32,000 nucleotides of DNA from an uncultured Candidatus Saccharimonas sp. (GCA_963528875.1 CAURWT010000001.1:90001-122000); one strand, 5' to 3'; positions 25,027 through 32,000 are shown, numbered from the stretch's first letter. The notes: generated by a model from the sequence alone, not told the origin. Program-made: numbers and translations.

Positions 25027-25055
25027 TTGACTTATTATCATTATTATGCTATAAT
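25027..25055 (+). promoter_or_regulatory. Perfect consensus promoter TTGACT-17-TATAAT with a TG extension
   Basis: -35 at 25027-25032, a 17-nt spacer ending in TGC, and -10 at 25050-25055. Confidence 0.65.
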
Positions 25056-25061
25056 AATATT

Positions 25062-25257
25062 ATCTTGGTGAATAATCATCAAGAAGTAAAGTTTAAAAAG
25101 AGCTATGAAATATACAGTCCCTTCATTGTTCCATTTTTGTTCTTTATTTTCGCAAAGAGGTTTTTAATACTATAGAAACTTATTTGCGGAAATAAAGAAT
25201 ACCGCAAAAAAATAAAAAAGAAGGACTTACTTATTGTAAAGTAAGTTAGGGTAAAAA
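25062..25257 (+). promoter_or_regulatory. Structured 5' leader of about 195 nt with mutually exclusive helices
   Basis: There is an 8-bp hairpin at 25064-25083. A 17-bp long-range helix pairs 25140-25156 with 25183-25199 (one G-U). An alternative 7-bp helix pairs 25183-25189 with 25202-25208. A 7-bp hairpin at 25226-25245 lies just before a weak SD (AGGG). Confidence 0.4.
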
Positions 25258-25626
25258 ATGGAGACAACTAAATTCACACTAACTATCGGTGTTAATAAGG
25301 GATACAACAATAACAGCGATGAAATCAATCTCACTGCTGTTAATGAACTGTGGCTAGAGAAAGCTGCAGAAGTGGCTAATTCTACTGGTATTTACATTAG
25401 TGGAATAAGTAGCCTCGGTCGCGCCCTATATAGACACGAATGGGGTTGCCCAGAAGGAGGTGAACCTGTTGTTATTATTACAGGCTCGCTTAATGGTGAG
25501 TTCTGTAAAAATGCGGAAGCTTGGAAACAAGCGGTTCGTAAAGTTTCTTTAGGTCTAAAGGAGGACCTAAAGCAAACAACGGCTACGCTTGAGTTTTCAA
25601 GCGTAGATATGGAGTATCTAACATAG
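25258..25626 (+). CDS. Hypothetical protein, 122 aa, no recognisable family
   Basis: The ORF is clearly GC-richer than its surroundings, which also produces a spurious 79-aa antisense ORF. It is flanked by a consensus promoter, a long leader and a strong terminator. It contains YRHEWGCPEGGEPVVIITG. Confidence 0.55.
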   Translation: METTKFTLTIGVNKGYNNNSDEINLTAVNELWLEKAAEVANSTGIYISGISSLGRALYRHEWGCPEGGEPVVIITGSLNGEFCKNAEAWKQAVRKVSLGLKEDLKQTTATLEFSSVDMEYLT

Positions 25627-25639
25627 CTCAAGGTGTATT

Positions 25640-25673
25640 ATAGCCGCAGTTAAACTGCGGCTATCTCTTTTAT
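25640..25673. terminator. Strong bidirectional terminator
   Basis: Stem TAGCCGCAG / CTGCGGCTA (25641-25649 / 25655-25663), followed by a T-rich tail. Confidence 0.75.
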
Positions 25674-25745
25674 TCTCCAAAAAATAAAATTGCTCCTCAC
25701 ATTTTTAATGAAAAGCAATTTTAAAATTTAAAAAGTGGCTATTGA

Positions 25746-25952
25746 CTACTTCTTTCGAGAAACTGTTAGGAAGCCGTTTCGTGGATTTTCTTTTACAATT
25801 CGATCTTCTGGAAGGTCGCAAGGTTCACCTTTATCGTTCTTTTCTTTTTTAGCAAAAAAGTAAATTGTTTGTGGTTTTCCGCCACGCAAAGTTACTTCAC
25901 TTTTGTGCAAATAATATGTAATTCCTTTTGAATTTGTTTGACTATAAGCCAT
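25746..25952 (-). CDS. Small basic protein (68 aa from the SD-supported ATG)
   Basis: The track ORF starts at 25988. However, a promoter TTGACA-17-TACAAT overlaps that ATG. The third ATG (25952) has AAAGGA 5 nt upstream. The product is MAYSQTNSKGITYYLHKSEVTLRGGKPQTIYFFAKK... Confidence 0.45.
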   Translation of the reverse strand: MAYSQTNSKGITYYLHKSEVTLRGGKPQTIYFFAKKEKNDKGEPCDLPEDRIVKENPRNGFLTVSRKK

Positions 25953-26021
25953 TTTTATCCTTTCATTACTACTGTTATACATTTTCATTGTATATCAGTT
26001 TTAAAGTAGTGTCAAGCTTTT

Positions 26022-26705
26022 TTACACTTTTGGCATATATTTTTTCAAAATAAGCTTAAGAATTATAGTTGTTATCATTTTTATTATAATCATAAAAATT
26101 AAAATTATTGCCACTAAAGTTGTCCATCCAGCCAAATCTGGTGACCAAATTGGCGCAACAAAACTATAAGTATATTCTGAAATATTTGGATATTCAGCCT
26201 TAACTTGACCCTGGCTACTTGCAGGATATTTATTTTGCTCATCTAAAATACACTGCTGATAAGCTAAAGAATATCCACCACGAAACCTTGGCCGGCAAGC
26301 TTCTTCCGCCTTTTTAAAAATATTTCCATTCGGATTATTACTTTCAGTTTCACGAGCAACCTGCTCGGCTTTTCTTGTATCACTTTTATAAATATTCGCC
26401 CATACAATTTTCACTTCTCGATTCATTTTGAACCAGTGAGTTTCATCGCTATAAAAAATTCCGCCACTATTCATATGAGCATAAACGTAATTAGCCAATT
26501 CAATCGTTGCTTTTCTGGTAGCTTCAACATCGCCAGATTTATCAGCCGTTTCAACAGCCTCTCTTCTACGAATCATTCCTACATTATTCAAACGTAGAGC
26601 TGTTAAATTCACAAAAATAACAAGTATAAGTAAAATAAACAATTGCCAATTTTTAAGCGATTGTATCTGTTTAAGACGCTTTTTAATTCTGCCTTTACCC
26701 ACCAT
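26022..26705 (-). CDS. Hypothetical protein with N- and C-terminal TM helices and an extracytoplasmic middle domain
   Basis: 227 aa with TM helices at about residues 20-40 and 195-220. No family motif was recognised. Confidence 0.5.
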   Translation of the reverse strand: MVGKGRIKKRLKQIQSLKNWQLFILLILVIFVNLTALRLNNVGMIRRREAVETADKSGDVEATRKATIELANYVYAHMNSGGIFYSDETHWFKMNREVKIVWANIYKSDTRKAEQVARETESNNPNGNIFKKAEEACRPRFRGGYSLAYQQCILDEQNKYPASSQGQVKAEYPNISEYTYSFVAPIWSPDLAGWTTLVAIILIFMIIIKMITTIILKLILKKYMPKV

Positions 26706-26741
26706 AATACTTATGTATATTTTACCAAAATTTCAAGAAAA

Positions 26742-28301
26742 TTACAAATTTTGCTTAATTTTTTGCGCTAATTTTTCACCAACAATTTTCGAAAGCTCTT
26801 GCACGGGAGCTTCGCGAATTTTCTTTAGCGAACCAAATTCTCGCAATAATTTTGCCCGTGTTTTTGTTCCTACACCATCAATTTTTTCTAGTGCGTTCTG
26901 AGTTTGTTTTTTAGTTCTTAGATTAGAATGATAATTGATTGCAAATCGATGAGCTTCATCACGAATCCGCTGGAAAAGCTTGGTTAAATCACTAAATTCT
27001 GAGTTGCTTTCACCTAGCAAGTTGCGGGCGTGGCCGTGTGAATGGCTTTGTAAAAGGTGCAAATTTAGTATCAAAAAATCACCTTCTCGCCGAACCGAAA
27101 AATCTCTATCATTTTTTTCGAAGTTTTTATCTAACCAACTAGTTTTGAGGTTTGAATTTTGTGTATCAAAAATAATCTCTTCATCACGCTTGGCAATTCC
27201 AATGGCTAAAATATCGCTCGGCAAAACTTCTCGCACTGCACTCAATTGGCCCTTTCCACCGTCGATCAAAACCAAATCAGGCCGCCCCCATTTTTCGTTT
27301 CGCTTCGAAAATCTCCGTATTAAAACTTCTTTCATATGAAGAAAATCATTATTTCCGCCAGTTACCATTTTAAATTTTCGATACTCTCGCTTATCACTCA
27401 ACCCATTCGTAAAAACCACCATCGATGCCACATTGTTTTCTCCACCCGTGTGCGAAATGTCATAAGCCTCAATTCGGCGTGGTGGAGTTTCAAGCGATAG
27501 AATTTCTGCTAATTTTGCTAACGCATGATCTTTCGAAATGTCCAAAAATTCTTCATTCGAAAAAATAACTTGATTGCCAAGCCCACTCAAGTCTTGAAGT
27601 TGGTTACGTTTTTTTGCGGCCATTTCAAAATTCTGTTCATTCGCAAAATCAAGCATTTCTTTCTCAATTTCAATCTGAAGCATTTTTCGCTCACCTTTTA
27701 AATATCGCGAGAGCTGGCGTAAATTACGTTTATATTCTGTCATTTTTTGCTGATATTCAGGCGAATTTGGTTCAAAATTTTCTAGCCCAGGAGTTAAACC
27801 AATCTGAAAATCTAAACTATTTTTTGCTGGCAGTTTTTCGCTCAAATAATACGGAAAAACTTTTCGAAGTAGCCGCACCGATTTCTTTACCGCATTAGAA
27901 TTATAAAATGGGCCAAAATATTCTGCCAAATCATCAAGTGGATTTTTAGTGAAACTGACATGTGGAATTTTATCACGAAAACCAATTCGCACATAAGTTG
28001 GTGATTTATCATCCCGCAAAAGTATGTTGTATTGTGGCTTGTAGCGCTTAATCATCTCGCTCTCTAAAAATAGCGCATCAATTTCAGTCTCAACCTCAAT
28101 CCAGTCAGTCATCGCAATTTCTGATACCAAAGCCTCAGTTTTCGAATCTCTCCTGCGTGAATTTTGAAAATATTGCCGCACACGATTTTTTAAATTTGCT
28201 GCTTTTCCAACATAAATAATCTCGCCTTTCGAATTTTTATGAAAATAAACACCAGCAGAATTTGGCAGTTCTTTTAGCTTTTTCGAAAGTTGTTTATTCA
28301 T
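26742..28301 (-). CDS. uvrC: Excinuclease ABC subunit C (compact, 519 aa)
   Basis: It has an N-terminal GIY-YIG motif (GVYFHKNSKGEIIYVGKAANLKNRVRQY) and a central UvrC/RNase-H-like region (IEAYDISH...LIDGGKGQL). A C-terminal HhH is present (IDGVGTKTRAKLLREFGSLKKI). Confidence 0.88.
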   Translation of the reverse strand: MNKQLSKKLKELPNSAGVYFHKNSKGEIIYVGKAANLKNRVRQYFQNSRRRDSKTEALVSEIAMTDWIEVETEIDALFLESEMIKRYKPQYNILLRDDKSPTYVRIGFRDKIPHVSFTKNPLDDLAEYFGPFYNSNAVKKSVRLLRKVFPYYLSEKLPAKNSLDFQIGLTPGLENFEPNSPEYQQKMTEYKRNLRQLSRYLKGERKMLQIEIEKEMLDFANEQNFEMAAKKRNQLQDLSGLGNQVIFSNEEFLDISKDHALAKLAEILSLETPPRRIEAYDISHTGGENNVASMVVFTNGLSDKREYRKFKMVTGGNNDFLHMKEVLIRRFSKRNEKWGRPDLVLIDGGKGQLSAVREVLPSDILAIGIAKRDEEIIFDTQNSNLKTSWLDKNFEKNDRDFSVRREGDFLILNLHLLQSHSHGHARNLLGESNSEFSDLTKLFQRIRDEAHRFAINYHSNLRTKKQTQNALEKIDGVGTKTRAKLLREFGSLKKIREAPVQELSKIVGEKLAQKIKQNL

Positions 28302-28360
28302 CTTTTATTATTATATCATTTTATGTTTTTTATAAAAACTATTTTATTATATTAATAATG

Positions 28361-28379
28361 TGCTATACTCAGAGTATAG
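28361..28379 (+). promoter_or_regulatory. Extended -10 (TGcTATACT) overlapped by a perfect inverted repeat CTATACT-cag-AGTATAG
   Basis: TG at 28361-28362 and TATACT at 28364-28369. The IR arms are at 28363-28369 and 28373-28379. It lies about 50 nt upstream of the 35-aa ORF. Confidence 0.4.
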
Positions 28380-28426
28380 ATTATATTCAAGATAAAAACA
28401 TTGGCCTTTAGAAAGAGGTGTACAAT

Positions 28427-28534
28427 ATGGAACAAACCGAAACTAACAAAATCGAAGAAGAAACTTGCTGTATCCAATTATCAACAGGGCAATATATAGT
28501 TTTTAGACCATGCGAAAATTCAAAAAAAGAATAG
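28427..28534 (+). CDS. Unannotated small peptide, 35 aa, three Cys (MEQTETNKIEEETCCIQLSTGQYIVFRPCENSKKE)
   Basis: The ATG at 28427 has SD AGAGGTG 7 nt upstream. TAG is at 28532-28534 and a hairpin terminator follows. Confidence 0.45.
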   Translation: MEQTETNKIEEETCCIQLSTGQYIVFRPCENSKKE

Positions 28535-28547
28535 CACCGTACGACTT

Positions 28548-28581
28548 AAGCCGCCTAATTTTGGTGGCTTTAAATATTTTT
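28548..28581 (+). terminator. Terminator after the 35-aa ORF
   Basis: Stem AAGCCGCC / GGTGGCTT (28548-28555 / 28563-28570, one G-U), followed by TAAATATTTTT. Confidence 0.5.
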
Positions 28582-28766
28582 CAAAAAAATAAATTTAATA
28601 AATTCATTATATGTTATTAGTGAAATCAAGCAAATTTAACATAATTTTAATCTGTTTTGTTAAAAATATTGGCAACAAAATTAGCAATTTTCAAGAAAAC
28701 TTGGTAGTCGCAAATGAGTATTTTTTATATAATCGATGTATAATAATTAATATGAAAGGACAAAAA

Positions 28767-29639
28767 ATGTTTAATCAGAATTTACAAAAATTACGAGCCG
28801 AGAAAAATATCTCACAAGAGCAACTTGCTGATAAAATTGGCGTTTCGCGACAATCAGTTTCAGCCTGGGAGAGTGGCAAATCTTCCCCTGAACTCGACAA
28901 ACTAATTGCCTTAAGCGAACTTTTCGAAATTAGTTTAGATGAGCTGACTGGCGAAATTTCAACCAAAAAAGCCAATTTTAATAAAAAAGAATATGAGAAA
29001 TCCTATCAAAAAATTGCATTAATTCGTGCACTTGGTATGTTTGTTCTTTTTGCTGGCCTTGCAGTGGCAGCATACTTATCAGGATCAACAGCAAGCTTTA
29101 ATGTTTTAGCAGGGATTGCTTTAATGTTATCCTTAGCAATATCAGTTCCTCTACTAATTTTAGCTAAAAATTTTGATAATTCAGAAACTGAAAACCTACT
29201 TGATTATAATATAGAAATTGACAAAATTTTTTCAAAAAATGAAATCAAACAAGTCAAAAATATTAAAAATAGCAGCACTATGGCATTAGTATCAACACTT
29301 TTTACAGCTATAGTGGCTCATCAAATAATTTATCATTTTTCTAATCTTGGCATTAATTTAGCCAATACTATATTTATGGCCCTATTAGGAATTGGAATCT
29401 CGGCATCAACTTATGGAAACTCTATTTTTTCAAAAATTAATAACTTTTATGAAATCGAAAATAAAGATGAAGAGAAAGATTCAAAAATAGGATTTTTTGC
29501 GGCAATAATAATGCTTTCAATCACAGCAATTTATTTAACTTACAGCTTTCTTACGAATAATTGGGATTCGGCTAAACTATTTTACCCGGTTGGCGGAATT
29601 GTAATTGCAATTTATGCTATTTACGTAAAAAAGAAATAA
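28767..29639 (+). CDS. XRE-family HTH regulator fused to a polytopic membrane domain
   Basis: The N-terminal HTH_3 is NLQKLRAEKNISQEQLADKIGVSRQSVSAWESGKSSPELDKLIALSELFEISLDEL. About 5-6 TM helices follow. The start was set at the ATG at 28767 (AAGGA 7 nt upstream). The track start at 28611 adds an implausible AT-rich extension. Confidence 0.7.
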   Translation: MFNQNLQKLRAEKNISQEQLADKIGVSRQSVSAWESGKSSPELDKLIALSELFEISLDELTGEISTKKANFNKKEYEKSYQKIALIRALGMFVLFAGLAVAAYLSGSTASFNVLAGIALMLSLAISVPLLILAKNFDNSETENLLDYNIEIDKIFSKNEIKQVKNIKNSSTMALVSTLFTAIVAHQIIYHFSNLGINLANTIFMALLGIGISASTYGNSIFSKINNFYEIENKDEEKDSKIGFFAAIIMLSITAIYLTYSFLTNNWDSAKLFYPVGGIVIAIYAIYVKKK

Positions 29640-29650
29640 CCATCAAGACA

Positions 29651-29685
29651 AAACGCTCAATAACTAAAATTTTGAGCGTTTTTAT
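29651..29685. terminator. Bidirectional terminator between convergent genes
   Basis: Stem AAACGCTCAA / TTGAGCGTTT (29651-29660 / 29672-29681), followed by a T-run. Confidence 0.65.
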
Positions 29686-29694
29686 TATTCAAAA

Positions 29695-31593
29695 TTAATT
29701 CTTATACAAAGCGTGCGAATTTGCCGCGACTCGCTCCAAGAAAAGCAATTGAGCTTGCCGAGCATTTTCTGGTTTTCCAGACCAAGATTGAAGCGCTGGG
29801 AGCTGTAAAGCTCGTGCAAAACTATAAGTTAATCCCCAATCAAAAGGTCCGAGATTGGTTATTTCTTGAAGGTTATCGGTTGCCTGAGTTGCGGTTTGCC
29901 CACCAGAAAGGAATACGATCCCTACTAATTCTTTTGGAACTATTTTCTTAAAAACAGAAACCGTTTCTCGTGCAACCTCTCTTGAAGAAGATTGAATTTC
30001 ATTTTCAGATCCAGCAAGAACCATATTTGTTTTCAAGATTGCTCCCTTAAGATCAACTTTAAATATCTTTAGTTCCTCAAAAAGTTTTTTAAGAATCTTT
30101 TCCGTAACTTCTCGACACTGTTGAATAGTATGTTTTCCAGAATAAACCACCTCTGGCTCAACGATCGGTACAATTCCATAATTCTGGCAAGCTTTAGCAT
30201 ATTGCGCCAAAACTCGCAAATTCGAAGTGATTGCAGCTTCGCTTGGCGTTCCTTTTTCTTCATCAATTTCGAAAGCAACTCGCCATTTTGCAAAATCAAT
30301 TCCTACTTTTGAATATTTTTGGAGTTTTTCAATCAAGGAATCGAGCCCTATTGAAATCGTCTCACCTTCAAATCCGACTAGAGGACGCAAACCACAGTCA
30401 AGCTTCACACCAACCAGAATTCCGCGATTTTTCAAATACTCAACAAAATTAATACCTTCAGAAGTGTTTTGTTCGGTTGTCTCTTCAAAAAGAATAATTC
30501 CACTTAAATAATTTTCAATATCTGGTGTTTTGAAAAACATCTCACGATAGGCTCGGCGATTTTCAAAAGTATCTTCAAGCCCAATTGTTTCGAATTTTTT
30601 ATGAATATTCCCGCCAGACTCATCTGCAGCAAATATTCCTTTTGGCCGCGCAACTAATTTTGCGGCAGTTTTATGTAATCGTGTTTCAATATCTAGCGTA
30701 TTACTCAAAACATCAACAGATAACTCATAGTTTTTACGATTTAAAATTTGATACGCATAAAAAGGCTTCAATATATCATTAAAATCAGATTTATTAGCAA
30801 TCGTAACTGCAACTTGCAAATTTTCTTCTAATTTTGAAGAATTCGAAAAATTTTCAGCAACAAAAGCTGCCTGAAAAATATTATTCTGATAAAACGAATT
30901 TAATTCGAAATTAGTTTCAATACTAGCAATTTTTTCTTTATTTCCAGCAATTATTTTCGAACCATCAAAAATGACAACGCCTCGCACACCAGTTCTAATT
31001 AGTGAATCTATCGCATTTTCATAACCTGAATAATCAATCAAATCACTTAAATTTTGTTTTCGAAAATCTACAAAAACTAAATTCGCTCGAACGAAAAACT
31101 CATGCGCAAGCTCAGGGCTCAAATCGGCAATATTAAAAACAAGCTCGATCTTTGGATTTTCACGCAAATATTTTTTAAAATCTGCCAGATAATTTTGCGA
31201 AAAATTAGCATCCGCAATATAAATTAAATCTGGTGGAAAAGCTGGCGAAACCCATTTTGTACTACGAGGATTGCTAGTTAAAATAAAACTCTTACCCTTA
31301 TATGAAACTACAAATCGATCAATTAGATCATTATTAATTTCATCATATTCAAAATGAGAAGTACCGTTTGGATTCGCACTTGAAAAAGCCTTAAAGTGTG
31401 CTGCTGTAAAGATTTTTTCACTCAAAATTGTTCCACCATAAACACCAGCTTGTTTTTGATAATTTAAAGTTGAATCATCAAAAGTTAGATCATAATGGAA
31501 ATCATTAAGTTCATCTTTATAAATTTTTTGATTTTGAATGTCTAAAAAGTTATCTTTTGTCGCATTTCCAATCGATAAAATCGTCGGTTTCAT
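29695..31593 (-). CDS. Class I fructose-bisphosphate aldolase with an N-terminal extra domain of about 300 aa (possibly a degenerate PfkB/ribokinase-like fold)
   Basis: This is a 632-aa ORF. From about residue 305, the C-terminal part carries the class I FBA residues in order: AADES, FAKWR, EPEV, LKTNMV (Schiff-base Lys), LSGGQ, YSFARALQ and a near-terminal Tyr. The N-terminal part starts ILSIGNATKDNFLDI and has a GG dipeptide, like PfkB kinases, but it lacks the GAGD catalytic motif. Confidence 0.8.
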   Translation of the reverse strand: MKPTILSIGNATKDNFLDIQNQKIYKDELNDFHYDLTFDDSTLNYQKQAGVYGGTILSEKIFTAAHFKAFSSANPNGTSHFEYDEINNDLIDRFVVSYKGKSFILTSNPRSTKWVSPAFPPDLIYIADANFSQNYLADFKKYLRENPKIELVFNIADLSPELAHEFFVRANLVFVDFRKQNLSDLIDYSGYENAIDSLIRTGVRGVVIFDGSKIIAGNKEKIASIETNFELNSFYQNNIFQAAFVAENFSNSSKLEENLQVAVTIANKSDFNDILKPFYAYQILNRKNYELSVDVLSNTLDIETRLHKTAAKLVARPKGIFAADESGGNIHKKFETIGLEDTFENRRAYREMFFKTPDIENYLSGIILFEETTEQNTSEGINFVEYLKNRGILVGVKLDCGLRPLVGFEGETISIGLDSLIEKLQKYSKVGIDFAKWRVAFEIDEEKGTPSEAAITSNLRVLAQYAKACQNYGIVPIVEPEVVYSGKHTIQQCREVTEKILKKLFEELKIFKVDLKGAILKTNMVLAGSENEIQSSSREVARETVSVFKKIVPKELVGIVFLSGGQTATQATDNLQEITNLGPFDWGLTYSFARALQLPALQSWSGKPENARQAQLLFLERVAANSHALYKN

Positions 31594-31659
31594 TTCCCAC
31601 CTTTAAAAATTATTATGCTTTTGCTTAAATTATATCAAATTTTCGAAAATAAATCAAAC

Positions 31660-32000
31660 TTAAAGATTAAACAAATCATTCAGACTTTCAGCCACGGTTG
31701 GGTGGGTAAAAATCTGGTCTCGTAGAACAGTATAATCAAGCCCAGCATCAATCGCCGTTTTTATAATATTTATAACTTCTGGCGAATTATAGCAAAACAG
31801 AGCTGCACCTAAAATTTTATTAGTTTTTGAATCTACAATCGCTCGCAAAAGACCCGCCGTTTTAAATTCAAGCTGAAGTTTTGGTACTGCTGCCGCTGGA
31901 ATCTCCTTTACCTTAATATCGAAACCTTCCGCTAAAGCTTGTTTTTCAGTTAGTCCAACTTTCGAAAACGGAACCTGTAAAAAAATCGAATTCGGCAAAT
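31660..32000 (-). CDS. Partial CDS (C-terminal part): pyridine-nucleotide-disulfide oxidoreductase dimerisation domain with an intact HPT..E motif
   Basis: The product ends ...DYTVLRDQIFTHPTVAESLNDLFNL, the canonical His-Pro-Thr...Glu motif of the class I flavoprotein disulfide reductase interface domain. The ORF is open to the window edge. Confidence 0.65.
   Translation of the reverse strand, partial: LPNSIFLQVPFSKVGLTEKQALAEGFDIKVKEIPAAAVPKLQLEFKTAGLLRAIVDSKTNKILGAALFCYNSPEVINIIKTAIDAGLDYTVLRDQIFTHPTVAESLNDLFNL

Noticed and set aside
25105-25167. A 20-codon upstream ORF (MKYTVPSLFHFCSLFSQRGF) in the long leader, considered as a possible attenuation leader peptide.
   Set aside because: The SD-like AAGAG is only 2 nt from the ATG. 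There is no run of regulatory codons and no terminator hairpin with a U-tract downstream, so it is too weak to call.
25392-25631. A 79-aa ORF antisense to the 122-aa gene.
   Set aside because: It is open only because the sense gene is locally GC-richer. It has no SD or promoter, and the terminator geometry fits the plus-strand gene.
24977-26731. A 9-nt direct repeat TACCAAAAT at the tRNA-Ile2 3' end and at 26723-26731, considered as attL/attR of an integrated element.
   Set aside because: It is very short for an AT-rich genome, and no integrase or recombinase lies in between. The second copy coincides with a plausible -10/extended -10 of the 227-aa gene on the other strand. It is mentioned only as a caveat.
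26713-27898. Plus-strand ORFs (26713-26901, 26980-27339, 27614-27898) antisense to uvrC, and similar ones antisense to xfp (13915-14211) and the aldolase fusion (29721-30782).
   Set aside because: They are shadow ORFs opposite strongly supported genes and have no independent signals.
28611-28766. An N-terminal 52-aa extension of the XRE regulator as given in the ORF track.
   Set aside because: The extension is translated AT-rich spacer (MLLVKSSKFNIILICF...). The HTH begins right at the ATG at 28767, which has an AAGGA SD.
1-32000. An alternative genetic code (UGA as a sense codon, as in some CPR lineages).
   Set aside because: Long conserved proteins (DnaK, DnaJ, Xfp, UvrC) translate intact with code 11. 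TGA functions as a stop in the ATGA overlap at 23047-23050, where the ATP-cone gene begins.
1-32000. CRISPR arrays, rRNA genes, transposases, integrases or prophage blocks.
   Set aside because: I saw no regularly spaced direct repeats and no rRNA-like conserved stretches. No ORF has DDE, tyrosine-recombinase or serine-recombinase motifs.

Overview
This is an AT-rich (about one-third GC by eye), gene-dense bacterial chromosomal segment that uses the standard genetic code, with most genes on the minus strand. The content includes phosphoketolase, a class I aldolase, a TM-anchored solute-binding protein, many small TM-anchored orphans, and a short HrcA and UvrC. It looks like a reduced-genome, possibly CPR/Saccharibacteria-like organism; that placement is inference only. 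Recognisable core genes are murC, secG, dnaJ, dnaK, grpE, hrcA, gmk, a yebC-family gene, uvrC, xfp and a divIC/ftsB-like gene. There are five tRNAs, including all three CAU-anticodon species within 0.9 kb. No rRNA, CRISPR array, transposase or integrase was seen. Points worth a second look:

- The heat-shock regulon is split into three units. Each has a CIRCE operator nested inside a consensus promoter.
- The hrcA-grpE unit carries two non-chaperone passengers. One is a compositionally odd 497-aa membrane protein.
- A GmrSD-type (DUF262+DUF1524) gene is tightly coupled to an unknown 211-aa gene.
- A T14 homopolymer forms the spacer of the promoter for a small surface-protein cassette.
- A flavoprotein disulfide-reductase homologue has lost both redox cysteines. 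It sits in an operon with a stand-alone ATP-cone protein and a membrane protein.
- An intact class I aldolase carries an extra N-terminal domain of about 300 aa.
- A GC-richer orphan gene lies beside a tRNA, behind a roughly 195-nt structured leader.
- Two unannotated small ORFs are present. One is a Cys-containing 35-mer next to a membrane-bound XRE regulator.
- Many genes appear to be leaderless.
- The palindrome TTCGAA is enriched roughly eight-fold across the whole window.
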